Assembly (NCBI RefSeq): GCF_016432865.1
Contig: NC_067398.1
Span: 376,960,001-377,024,000, forward strand
Direction of reading: 5' to 3'
DNA length: 64,000 nt
From: Antechinus flavipes
Lineage: Eukaryota
A program made the position numbers and the translations under genes. The notes beneath the pieces were generated by a model that worked only from the letters and a program-made list of their open reading frames with translations, ran no database searches and had not been told where the DNA came from. The stretch's first letter is position 1. Each line of letters begins with the position of its first letter. Below, one piece after another: positions 27,151-39,515 of this stretch.

Positions 27151-30100
27151 ACTAATCTTAATGTCTATCTCCCTTTTTTGAGTCCTTCTGCTTTCACTGA
27201 CTTATCATTATGGATCTGCTCATCTTGGCTACTACCTTCATATTCCCATTAGTTATCCTTACCATCCCACACTCTTCACCTGACCCCTCCAAACTGTCTG
27301 GGCTGAAGGAAGCAACTCTATCCCACTTGATACTGAGTGTTTCTTACTTGCCAATGGCAGAAGTTTATCAGATATCAGTTTCATGATTACACATGTCTCA
27401 GAGTCCCTCACCATGTTGCCTAACCTGGAAAAGTGGTATCACAAGTAGAGATCCCCATTTATTTTGGGGGGTTAATGCCAGTTTTCCTGGAAAAACTAAG
27501 ACTTAGCCTTATCACTAATACTTTTATGGTCTGTCTTATTCAGAAGTTGGACAGAGAATTTAAGGAACAGACATTGGGAAATGGAGAAAAATAGCAAGGG
27601 AAAATTCTAAAAAGTAATTGCCCCTTAGAGTTTTTCTGGGGCCAGTGGTTATATACCCTCCTTTTACTTCACCAGCAGTCATGGTCTAACTTCCACATAT
27701 CAATGATAGCCTTCTCTCCATTTAGACCTGATGGTCTATTTGAGGCCCAGGTACCAAGTAGTCAGTGGTAGATCGGAGGGTTAAGATGGTGGAAGGCAGG
27801 CGGCTTGGAAGGAGGGTTTGGAGTCTGAGCACATTCATCTTCATAAGTTTTATTACAGCCTGCCAGTTTAAACCTAATGACTAATTTATCGTATAAAATA
27901 CCACCAATATATTTTTTGATTTTGCTAATTAATTATCTCAAACAAAGGTGATATTTATAAAACTGTCCAGAAATGGTGTGCACAGGAAAATTGCCTTACA
28001 GCAGGAGATGAAATTATTACTAATATGGGATCAAATTATTGCTGTATTGACTTAGTTACTTTATGACTTTGTAATGGATTTCTTCATTATTTTCTCTGGA
28101 TTGTAGCATTTGTGATTGCATTAAAGTCTGTTAATCTATGCAAATATCATTAGGCACCACTAATAACCACTGCAACTTTCCTTAGTTTCGGGGACTGTGC
28201 TAAGTACTTGCAACCCTGGTTTGAGTGGGTGACTTCTTTCCTGGTAAGAGGAATAAATGAGAAATTGAAAGAATCTAGGGTGATTATCCCATCTAGAACA
28301 TTTCCATGAAACTAGGATGGAGTGATTAGGGATTGGTCTTAGAGTACTGAAATTTAGATGGTGCTGACAGCACTTAATAAGTAGAAATAACTGAGCTTAA
28401 TATAAGTAGAAATAACTGAGCCTAATATCCAGTTAGTAATAGTAACTTGTTAAGAAAGAAGCTACTAGATGATGGGCTTTTTCCCTACCCATAACTTGCC
28501 AGTGCTGTTACTATTCCTTTTCTCATGATGTTCTCAGTGGTGGTCCTACAGTATCCTAATGTCTCAGCCTATCCAGATCCTTGTGTCCTGAGAACTGAGA
28601 CTTTTCCCTAAGGGGCATAGTCCCATCTCTTCACAGCTAAATTTGCTTTAATGGTTGAGATCTCCTTTGATTCTCCTTTTGTCCTGGGTGGCAAAATGAC
28701 TAGTTATGGCTCTGAGGTAACTTTTGAAATGGAAGGCAGTGTGATGCAGTGGAAAGATTACTGGATTTCTAGTCAAAGAATCCAAATAGGAAACACAACC
28801 ACATGTTTGATTGCATGCAAGTCACTTAATTTCTCTGGCCTTCAGTCTTCCCTTCTGTAAAGTGAGTTAGAACCCCGTTCTAGCATTAAAAAGATCCCCT
28901 TAATTGAAAGTATCCCTCATCTCTATATTATAGATACTGAAATTTTACATTACTAAACTCCCATTCTTTAAAATAAGGCATTGGAGGATCCTGTTAAAAT
29001 TCAAATCATTTTGAAATGTGTTCCATGTTATCATTATGTTAACATCCCCTTGAATTTATTATGGTTATATGATTAGCAAAAAGTAGAAGCTAAGGGAAAA
29101 AGACACAAAACTAATGTTTTCATGGGGATGAATAGATGGACGTGCACAGAGGAGTGCCTGAGAGGGGCATGCCAAGGTGTGGGTGGGAGAGGGAACCCCA
29201 GTGGAGGGCACCAAGTTTCTTAAATGGTATACACCAACAGGGGAGGAGAAGAGTGCATTGACAAACTTTGATTCCCATGTTTGCTGGACATTGCATCAAG
29301 GTTTATAATTCTACATGAGAGTCTGGTCTTTTCTGATGAACCTCATTGAGCCCTTCAAATTGCAGACCTTGCCTCCAACATTGCAAACAGTCTAAAATAT
29401 TACTTATGATTTCACTGATTGACTTCTGATAATTCAACATGCTCAACCTAAGAAAAAAGAGGCTCAGAGATAGGTGGTGACTTGTGAAGATCATTAAGTT
29501 TGTGATAAAGCCAAGGGTAAAACCCTAGCCCCTAGATTTCAGATTTAGATTTGTTCTATTTCTCAAACTCTCTCTCCTTAAAAACTAGTCTAAGTACTAT
29601 TGACAAGGGTAGAGAGGATAAGCCTGAGAATTATGTCTCCAGCAACATTCATATCCATGAGCCAATATTGTATAGTTTGCCCCACACTCCAAATCCATTG
29701 AGGGAGAGAAGACATATAAGCATTCTAGAGGCTCTACATTGGACACAGAACTCAAAACCCACAAAGTCAAATGGCATAGGAAGATAAGTGTGAGAGCCAT
29801 TTTCTTTCTTCATCATCAACAACAATGTCATCATCATCATGATCATTCTATCATTACTTTTGAGCTTTCATTAAGATGCTCAGATGGGGTGGATCACTGA
29901 GGTCTATTAAGAAGCCAGTCCAGCTGGTACTTTCCTTCTCTAACATTCTAAAATGTTTCCAAGACTCCTTCATAAACAAGGCACTTGAGATGAGTTAAGT
30001 CACTTCTGCTCTCCTCTCCTTTGCTCTCCCAGCCTCAAGGGTTTCCTGCCTTCTCTTTCCTCCCACCTCTCCCTCTTGCCTGCTGCCTCCTACCTCTCTA

Positions 30101-30879
30101 CACTCTGCTTCACTCAATCAGTGACTCATTGGGGGATAGGCTGGTCTGAATTCAGAACAAGTATGAATAGAATGTTGTTAGTGGGTCTATTATTTTCAGG
30201 TGCCCATTGTCCTACTAATACTTTGCACGCTTATACAGAGCAAAGCATTTTATCCTTTTCAAATCCTTTCATAACTTGTCTTGAATTTCATTTCCACAAC
30301 ACTCCGGTGATTGTGTGTACCCCTACTATATTGGGAAAACTATAGAGAACTTCCCAGCAGTCATGTTGGGGTCAGTAACAGAACCAAAACTAGACCATAG
30401 ATTATGGGGCTCTTAATTTGTATTCTTTTTCTAGTCCATCCTACCACTCTATAATTTGAGCTAAATATTAGCAAAATATCACCAAAATGAGAGCTCTTTT
30501 AGAGGGCTGCTTTTATTAATCAATCACAAATCAACAAGGATTTGTTAAGTGCTTACTATATGATAAGCATTGAACTAGGGATACAAAGAAATGAAAAAAC
30601 ATTCCCTGCCCTCAAGAAGTTTTCCTTCTAATGGCAGAAATAATATTTAAATAAATGGAAACACAAAAGATATATGAAGTAGATGCAAAATAATCTCATA
30701 AAGAGGTCATTAACTACTGGAGGGACCAGAAAAGGCATCCTGGAAAATGAGCTTAGTCTTGAAAGAAGTCAGAAATTCTAAGAGGTAAAGAGAGTAAGGA
30801 GATTTTTTTTTACAATTAGCAATGTCATTTATGTATCAGCTCCCTTTGGAGTAGGCTTTCCATTAGGGTTCTGCTTGCT

Positions 30880-31500
30880 ACCTTGTTCTCTCCTCTTTCT
30901 CTGTCTCTCTGCATTGTAGCAAGTGGCAAACTCATCTACTGCCACAGCTTCAACTCTGACCTCTATCTATCGCACATCACTCTCTCCAACCTCACTCTCC
31001 CTCCAGACCCAAACTCCAGCTTCTTTAATATCTCCACAGATGATCTGCTGCCTTCTCCAACTCAACACATTCAAAGCCAAATTGATTTTCTTTCCCCACC
31101 TCTGCTCCCCTTTCTGACTTCACTATTCCTGTTGGTGGTATGACCATTCGCGAGGTCTTCAACGTTCATGACCTTGGAATTATCACTGGCTCTTTCCTCC
31201 CTTTTCCCTCCCACATCCAATCAGTTATAAGCCCTATTCATTCTCCCTGTTGTCTCTAGGTCAAATACAGACTCCCAAGTCTGGTATTTAAAGCCCTTCA
31301 CAAGTTGGCTATTTTTGAGGCTTATTATACATTACTTCTTTTCATGCCCTTTATAGTCCAGCCAAACTGGCATCCTTACCATGCCCCACATGTAACATTT
31401 TGTCTCCCATCTCTGTCCCTTTGTACAAGCTGTTTCCCATGCCTCCAGTATACTCCCTCCTTACTTACCCCTGGGAGTCTTCAATGTTCAGCTGAATCAC
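30880..31500 (+). mobile_element. L2 LINE fragment
   Basis: GKLIYCHSFNSDLY followed by typical L2 pyrimidine-rich 3' ORF sequence. Confidence 0.7.
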
Positions 31501-32081
31501 AGCTGCCGTTCCTGATCCCTCTCACCCCCAAGCACTTCCCCTGTCAATGTGTAAGCATATTCAAAATACATGCAAAGAAAATACTAGACATAAAAGATTA
31601 GACCAAGGCACTGGGGATATACAAAGATAAATAAGACTCAGTTCCTGCCTCATAGAACCTTATAGTACAGAAAGGGAAATGTCACATATACAAATAAGTG
31701 TGACACATACTAGCATTTGATAATAATTGGTCACATTTCTAAAGCATTTTGGAGATTTACAAAGTGCTGCTGTCCTCACCACAAATTGGCAAGATAGCTA
31801 GTAGAAGTATTATGTCCCCTGTTTTACATATGAGGGAACTAAGTCTGGGAGAGATTAAGTGACTTATCCAGAATCACATACCTCATCCATGAAAAAGCTG
31901 GGATTTAGAGCCAGCTCTCCTACTGCCTCAATTTATTCATTCAGTGCAATGATGAAAGAGCCAAGCACTCTACTAGGCCCTGGTAATACAAAGACAAAAA
32001 TAAAACATTCAGTCTTCTAAAAGATTACATTCTGTCAGAAATGAACACAAATACAAATGAAGAAAAAAAAAGTATGTGTGA

Positions 32082-32084
<3 letters not shown>

Positions 32085-32118
<34 letters not shown>
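32085..32118. repeat. (TA)n microsatellite
   Basis: Direct reading. Confidence 0.95.
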
Positions 32119-32121
<3 letters not shown>

Positions 32122-32454
32122 ACATATGTATATATTTACATATATAAAGTTTTATCTAGGAAAGTAGTAAATGGAAGCTCAGGAGAAGACCTGTGTAAAA
32201 GAAAGTAGTACTTGACCGATGTCTGAAGGATCCTAAGGATTATGAGTTGGAGGGGGCGGTGGGGGTTCAGAGTTCATTTAAAGGCTCAGAGATGAGAAAT
32301 AGAACAGCAAGTAATCTAGATGGGATAGAAAACAGAATGCTTCCTAAATCCAAGGTGACTCTATGAGCCACATTTCCCCAGTGTTCTAGAGAAGGAAACA
32401 GGAGAAAATAGATATACATCCTGTTTCATCTTCCTTTAATATAGTTTGTTATCA

Positions 32455-32723
32455 AAGAGTATGGTGATTCATACCTGTAATCCTAGCTGCCAGGAAGACT
32501 GTAGATGGCAAATATTTTGATCATAAGAGTTCTGAGTTAAAATGGATTATGCCATTTAAAAAAATTCCCACATCAAGTCTGGAATCAATATGATGAGCTC
32601 TTGGGGGTTAACTGTTTCTGGTCAGATCTCCCTTGCTGGTAAGTAATGGCATTGGGACACTGGGATAGCTGCTACTCTTCTACCTTAGGCAAGGTGGCAA
32701 AACCCAGTTATTTAAAAAAAAAA
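32455..32723 (+). pseudogene. Degenerate 7SL RNA-derived retrocopy with A tail
   Basis: Colinear with 7SL: tggtgattcatacctgtaatcctagct; gagttctgag; tatgcc; atcaatatgatgagctc; ggtcagatctcccttgctggtaagtaatgg; aaaacccagttattt plus A10. Confidence 0.8.
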
Positions 32724-33416
32724 TTTGCTCTTTAAAGTAATTGACTATCATGTTGCAATCCTATGTTTAGAACTTTAGAGTAGAATATGAGTAGAACTTG
32801 TAAAGCAAAGCTATGGTCTATCTGTGGTTTTAATTATCTCCAGTCACAAAGACCCCAACTTTTACTACATTAAAAATCTTTGCCTCCAGCCTACCCTGGT
32901 GCCTGAAATTCAACTGCATTTGTATTAAATACTTCCCCTTTCAGTCTCCTTTTATATTTAGAGCTACAGTGGACTAACTACTACCCTTTACTAGACTAGC
33001 TTTGTGATCTTGTTCACAGCCTCTTATTCTAGGAATAGTAATGAAAATTAACACTACTATTGCTTCTAGAAAGATTGTGGCAATTGTTTGTGCCACAATT
33101 CCCTCCACCATCTGAATAACTTCTTAGCCTTAAACCAAAAATTTCTTTCCCTGTCCATCACTCTTTTGTATATATGATATTCTCTAACTAGAATACAAAT
33201 TCCTTGAGAAAAAATGACTATCTCTTCTATTTGTAACCCTGAGACTCATATAATTTCTGGCACATAGTAAGTAAATACTTCAAAGTAGGTTTTTTTTTCC
33301 ATTTATTTTCATTCATTCTATGAAAATACAAAACTCCTTGAAGTAAGAAACACAGTTTGTCCTTGCGGTGGGTGAAAGATGAAATGACTGAAGAAAGAAA
33401 GGTCTGAGCTTTAGAG

Positions 33417-33898
33417 TGTAGCTTTCTTGAACAATGCACGCCAATTGCCTACAAATCCCGACTAGGGTTCTTCCTCAGCTTGAGACTGGGGCCTTAAATA
33501 GAGGGGGAGATGGACTTTTATACATTAAAAACAATTAGTTAAATAGGACCAATTAATTAAAAAGGAAACAATTAACCACAATACAATAAAGTAATCTGAT
33601 TTCTAATTAGAGGAAAGATTAAGGACTTTCTAAGTTGGGAGGGAGAGAGTAAACAGGTGCAAATCAAAAGTGTTCCACTCTCCTCCCTCCCCAAGTGGCT
33701 GTGAACAATAAAAGTAATATGGAAACAATTATTGATTGGTCCTTATGGGTCCAGTTTTCAGTTAAGATGTATAGGTGACTAAGTTGTATAATTGTGAGAA
33801 AACTCCTTGCCTCAGTCTTTGGATCTGACTAGTTTTCTAGTCACAGTTAGTTAGTCACGCTGATTCCCATCCCTCACCATCCCACCTGTGAACTGTCA
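33417..33898. mobile_element. Possible solo LTR
   Basis: About 480 bp TG...CA-bounded non-SINE/LINE block with AATAAA motifs. The putative TSD (tagag/taaaa) is poor. Confidence 0.3.
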
Positions 33899-33899
33899 T

Positions 33900-34690
33900 A
33901 AAATCACAGAATGAAACAATCTTAGAGTTAGTTGGAATCTCAGAAGACATTGATAACAACATAAACCTGAGCAAAAATCCCTTCAAGTGATCAAATTTGC
34001 CAATTTCAGATAGCTATGATTCTCAGGAAGTTTTTATTCTTTTATTAAACCTAAATCTTTCTCCCTAAAGCTTCTACTTATTGCTCTTAATTCCACCCAA
34101 GCAAAGTTGTTCTAGCCCTTCTTCCATATGATAGGCTTTAAAATACTTGATCATACTCATCCTCCCATGTGAAATCTTCTCGTGTTCTTTCCTAGCAAAA
34201 TCTTTGTTTTCCTCTTTTTATTGCTTTCTTTTTTCTGGTTATATTTGTACATTAATTTCTTTAATACACCTTTCTTTATGAGTCATGCTGGGAGAGAAAA
34301 ATCAGAACATAAGAGAAAAACTACATGAGGAAAAAAAAAGATCTTATTGAAATTCTATCATTCAGTGTTTAAGCTATTCATTCCAGTTTGGGTCAACCTA
34401 CAATTTATTAGTTCATCTGAGTCATTGATTTTTTTAAAAATATTAAATACAACAGAACCAAAAACTGCTTCCTGGAGCACTCCACTGAAGAACTTCTAAG
34501 TTGATACTCAGGTATTAATGGGTGCAATCATTCAGATGGTTCCAAACCAAATTAATTTTACTATCAAGTAGCCAAATGTCATACACATGAATAACATGAA
34601 AGACTTTGCTGGCTTTGCTAACTTCTAGATAAACTACAAAGCACCCCCTCTTTTATCAGTCTAGTAATATTAAAAAGCTTAACCACTCTC
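33900..34690 (-). mobile_element. L3/CR1 antisense fragments interrupted by a short L1 3'-end piece (about 34190-34335)
   Basis: Antisense CR1-like text (cttcctggagcactccactgaag, aaagactttgctggctttgcta); boundaries approximate. Confidence 0.5.
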
Positions 34691-35319
34691 CCTGCCCTCA
34701 AACTGCTAATAATCTACTGTTATTGTTGTTGTTTGTAATTCATTCTCAAAGAGAAGATCAGGAAGGTGTTGCCATGACTTGCAAATGAATTAAACTGGAG
34801 TTAAGGAGGACAGTGCCAGTGATACTTTCTCCTCCAGAGCCATCTGGGTCCAATGGCAAGATATAGATCATGAGGATTGGAGATGGTCCTGATGCAATAA
34901 AAGGATACTAAAGAAATACATTTGAGTATAAAGCTAATTAAGGTGTAAGAGAGCAATAGGAACTCCTACAATTGAATAGGGAGGTAAAGAATGACAGTAA
35001 GAGGTCTTGAGAGGACATGTAAGAAAATCTTCCTGGACCAAAAAAAGAGAAAAGATGAGAAAGAAGGTGAAAGATTGTCACAGGATTCTTATCTGAGAAA
35101 CTAGAGAGACAATATGGGACAGGAAGGAAGGAAGCAAACAAGTATTTATTAAGCACCTATTACGTGCTAGGCACTTTGTAAATATTATCTCATTTAGTCC
35201 TCACAACAATCCTGGGAGATAGATGCTACCATTATCTTCATTCTGCATTTGACAAGCAGACACAGGTTAAGTGACTTGTCCAGGATCACACACCTAGTAA
35301 GTGTCTGAAATGTACCTTA

Positions 35320-36385
35320 CTGTGTTTCCCCGATAATAAGACACTGTCTTATTAATTTTTGGACAGAAAAACACCAGAGGGATTATTTTCAGGGGAAGGC
35401 TTATTTTAATGAACATTGACAGCAATTTTAATAAACAGGTAAATGTGAACAAAAAAAAAAGTATCTTTATTCAATAATGATCATGTCATCTTTTTCAACA
35501 ACATCGTCATAAGTGTCCATACCCTGAATTCCATCCTGGATGTCTTGCGCCTCTATTTCCTTCAGAAGAAGTGGACCCAATCTGTCATGTCCAGCAATAT
35601 AGCTCTCTTTAAATGAACATGTCTTGTCCAGGTAACCTGCTCGTAGTGCCTTGGCAACACAGCTGTCAGTAATTTTATCCCATGACTTCTTCACCCAAGT
35701 CACGACTTCTTGCAGACAGGGCTTCACTAAGTTTCCACGCTGATTTCTTTCCATTCTATTTTCAATGTAGTCATTGACTTCCATGTGCAAATGGTCCTTG
35801 AATGGTTTGTTTATTGCAATATCAAGGGTCTGGAGATAGGCAGTCATTCCTGCAGGAATCATTACTTGATCTATTCTTCTCTCTGCAAGGAAGTTCTTCA
35901 TTTCTTTAGTGCGGTGAGTGCTGGCTAAGTTCTTCTTTTATCCTCCATCATGCCCCCTGAGTTCTTCTTTTATCCTCCATCATGCCCCTTTTATCCTCCA
36001 TCATGCCCCCTCACTCCCGCTTACATACCGGGTTTTTATGTTGTCCTGCCTCAGCTCTCCTCCGTGGCACTGCTCTCAATGGCGCCAGCAAACAAATCAC
36101 TGGGGAAGAACAGGATGATGCGCTCACTGCTGCAGCTCTGATTGGATGCAGCTCAGAAAGCAGCGTGCGTTTCACCCGGGGGGGGGGGGGAAGGGGAGGG
36201 AAGGCAGGGGGAAGATGGTGCATACAGAGGGTACCGTAATGTAGCATGTAGCGCAGGGGATCACCTTCACTACAGTAGCAATCTCAATAGGGCTTATTTT
36301 CAGGGAGGGCTTATTTTTAGAGGAATCTTACACAGTAAGGGGAGGGCTTATTTTCGGGATAGGTCTTATTATCGGGGAAACACAG
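35320..36385 (-). mobile_element. Internally deleted, non-autonomous pogo/Tc2-like (IS630-Tc1-mariner) DNA transposon, 1066 bp
   Basis: Perfect 23-bp TIRs: CTGTGTTTCCCCGATAATAAGAC (35320-35342) and GTCTTATTATCGGGGAAACACAG (36363-36385). TA on both sides (35318-19, 36386-87). Subterminal GGCTTATTTT repeats at both ends and an internal transposase remnant. Confidence 0.95.
35467..35925 (-). pseudogene. C-terminal remnant of a DDE_1 (pogo-type) transposase
   Basis: Uninterrupted frame ASTHRTKEMKNFLAERRIDQVMIPAGMTAYLQTLDIAINKPFKDHL...*. IPAGMT...QTLD..NKPFK matches the pogo motif around the third catalytic Asp. The HTH domains and first two Asp residues are deleted. Confidence 0.9.
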
Positions 36386-36499
36386 TAGTACCTCTAAGAT
36401 AAGGAAGGAAAAAGAAAAAGGAAAAAAAGACCAAAACAGGTTCTTACTGAGCTGATTAAAGGAATAACTCCAGAAATAAGCCAAGTAAATCCCCACTAA

Positions 36500-37450
36500 G
36501 AGTCAGAGATTATTTTGCATTGATGTGTGACTTTCTTTGTAATTGTGTTTATATAGTTTCTGACTTTGTCTTGACAGACAATATTGTCCCAACTATTTTA
36601 TGTTATCTACAGTTATTTTAAATGGGATTTTTCTTTCTATCTCTTGCTGCTGGGGTTTGTGGGCAACATGATGTATGACTTTCTAACCACTATCCTCATG
36701 AGGCTTCTTTATGAAACCCTTTATGAATGGGAAAAAACAGAAAAGGACAACCCGAGGCAGGAAAGGAAGTGTGCTGACAAGGGCTTCTCAGTTTGCATGG
36801 CCACAGCTTAATTCTTCTGTTTCAGTCCAATAATTAAATAATTGAGTTATACAAAGTCAGAAAAGGAGATAAAGTTGATCAGGAGGGTGAGGGGTCTGTA
36901 AATTGTGCCTTGGGAAGGACGACAGACATGAAGGAGAAGAATTGGTACACAGAATGGAAGTAGGCTGATCAGGGTTTTTGCCCATCATTCCCCAGGTTTA
37001 TGGAGAAACAATCATAACACTCTCTTGATGCTGGCGACTGGTGGAATATGTCTGGCTAGGAAGCCAACCCCTGAGGTCACAGAATGTGGAGTATGTGGAA
37101 GTGAGATGTGAACAGAGAGTTAGTGTTGTGACAAGCATGATTACTGTCATAAGTCAGAGCGAACAAGCAATTAAAGAAGAAGAATATGTATGAAAACTGA
37201 TAACAATGTCATCCAGTAAGGGTGTCCATGGGCATGTCTAGGGGTAGCTAATTCTACTCTGTGCCTCCCTCAGATCCTCACAATACCACAACCAAGCTTA
37301 TCCGTTTGTGGTAGCTTTTTACCTCTGCTGAAATAAAGCCCTTGTCTGTCTCCTTGAGAGCTAAGGACAAACTGGCCATAATTTATGTTATATGGAAGAG
37401 GGAGAGAAAAACACAAGTCTACATTATGCTATAAATTATCATGTGATAGG
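36500..37450 (+). mobile_element. Possible LTR-like repeat
   Basis: Ends with an aaataaagcccttgtctgtctccttgagag poly(A)/U5-like segment; no TSD established. Confidence 0.25.
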
Positions 37451-37682
37451 TGAAACACCAGAAAATATGCCAGATGCCTGTGGAAACCCCATTAGACAGC
37501 AAGGTTCTGTGGCAGAGAAGTCCCCACAGAAATCTTGAGAGGCCTGCAGCAGACAGTGTGCCCGGGAAGGATAAAATGCAGATAAAATGTATAATCACTC
37601 AACTGGAGAGATGAAATTCATACACCCCACACACACATCAAAAAAAGGTGACTTCCATTTATATTAGCTACATTATCTAGAA

Positions 37683-37869
37683 CAGGGCTTAAACTTTTTC
37701 CATTTGCAACCCCTTTTTGGCCAAGAAATTTTTATGTGAACCCAAGTATAGAGGTATACAATAGATATACAAGTCAAACATTTACTGATAATAAATTATA
37801 ATCTCATAACTTCTCATATTCAGTTACAAGACCCCAGATGGAGTCATGATTCCAGATTAAGAAGCTTTG
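37683..37869. mobile_element. Non-autonomous hAT (Charlie-type) MITE
   Basis: Termini cagggcttaaac... and ...ttaagaagctttg. 8-bp flanks atctagaa and gtctagta fit the NTCTAGAN Charlie target. Confidence 0.75.
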
Positions 37870-38419
37870 GTCTAGTATACCTTCATGTTTTGTATCCATG
37901 GCTTCTTTCAATTAAGATAAGGTTGGAGATAGGGTGGTGTAGAGATGAAAGGGACCAAAGAGATGGGGATTGAGACATTAGAAGAGCTAGATAGAAGATG
38001 GTAATGTTTCTGCCTCCTGAACTTTATTATCAGGCCCCTTGGGCTCAGGGAGTCTCTCTAGGTACTGACCCCCACAATCTTTTGTCATTTTAATTCAATT
38101 AAATAAATACACAATTCATAGTAGACACCAGGTATCTAAAGATATCTCTGCTTTCAAGGCATTTACTAACAGGAAGAAGGATCAGACCAAGTATCAAAAT
38201 AGGCTGGCATCACAAGGCTAGAGAGAACTTTCAGTCCAGTTGCTGATCACTTAAGAATCTCCTGGAGGTGTAGCCCCTGACACTAGCTCATTATAAGCCC
38301 AGGGCCCTGGCTCTTCTATACTTCCTCTGTTTGCCTCTGCCTCATCTTTCTTTCTCTCTATCTGCCATACTTTTCTATGTATCTTTGAGTTTGATGTGTT
38401 TCCCTTTCGTTGGCTGTAC

Positions 38420-38900
38420 TTTTATTCTTTTAAATACTCTGCAATCTAGCTTTCCAACCTTTTCAATTGAAACTGCCCTCTCCAAAGATAACAATGATCT
38501 CTTAATGTCTATCATCAATCCTCATCCTTCTTGACCCCTCTGCAGCCTTTACATATAACATCTTGCTCTTCTGTAGGTTTTCATGATCCTCTTCTCTCCT
38601 ATCTCCCCCCCCCCCTTTACCTGTTCAGCTTCTATATCCTGATCTCTTTTATTGGATCTTCATTCGTGTCATACTCTTTAACTGCTCCTGAGTTCTTTCC
38701 CCTCTTCCTACCTTTCCTTTTTATTATCAAAGGCACCATAATCCTCCCAATCTCACAAAAGCTAAAAACCTCTGTGCCATACTCAATACCTCACTACCTC
38801 ACATTGGGAGTTGTCCCTGAATCCCAGTCTTTCCTTAAAAGAAGCTTTTAGTCCTTCCTTCCTTTATCCAAGGTAATCAACCAATGTCAAGTTTTGCTTC
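38420..38900 (+). mobile_element. L2 LINE RT fragment (continues about 39240-39430)
   Basis: FSIETALSKDNNDLL and cttcttgacccctctgcagcc resemble L2 STETALSKVTNDLL...LDLSAAFD. Confidence 0.8.
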
Positions 38901-38970
38901 TCTTTCCAATTCCCTGGGAAGTCTGGGTTCCTTCTCTGATTCTTTTGCTTCTACTCTTGAGTCTAGACCC

Positions 38971-39197
38971 CAGGGATTTAAACCCCAAGATATCCAGAGA
39001 TAGATTTCAGTGACAGAGGGTGAGGGGGTGGTCATGAACTTGGATGGGAAAAAACATTTTCATCTTTATTTCAAAATAGTTGGTTTCCTCTGCACTTCTT
39101 TGTACTTTATTTCATGTATTTAAAAACATTACTCTGAAAAGGGATCCATAGGCTTTATTAGGATGTCCATGACATACAAAAAGGTTAAGAACTCCTA
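38971..39197. mobile_element. hAT-Charlie-type MITE (Charlie4-like); related copies at about 2193-2397, 41640-41875 and 44560-44730
   Basis: Shared internal text aaaaacattattctgagaagggatccataggcttc... and terminus aaaaggttaagaactcct. Flanks gtctagac and ttctaaac resemble the NTCTAGAN target. Confidence 0.7.
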
Positions 39198-39475
39198 TTC
39201 TAAACTCGCTTGTTTGATTATCTTATCCACTCCAAAAAGCTCAAATATCATCTCTATGTAGATGATTCTTATATTTGTATATCCCTAACTTCTCCTTTGA
39301 GTTCCACATTACCAATTAACTTTTTGATAGGTTGAACAGAATTTCCTGTAGTCTTCTCAAAGTCAACATATACAAAACAGAACTCCTGATCTTTTCCCCA
39401 AACTCTCCCTTCTTCCCAACTTTTCTGTTACTAGCCTCACTTTCCCCTGCAGAGCTATCTGGGTCCAATAGCTAA

Positions 39476-39477
<2 letters not shown>

Positions 39478-39510
<33 letters not shown>
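39478..39510. repeat. (CA)n microsatellite
   Basis: Direct reading. Confidence 0.95.

Positions 39511-39515
<5 letters not shown>

Noticed and set aside
35467-35901. Transposase ORF as a domesticated host gene
   Set aside because: It lacks the DNA-binding domains and two of three catalytic Asp residues, and sits between intact TIRs; recent insertion explains the open frame.
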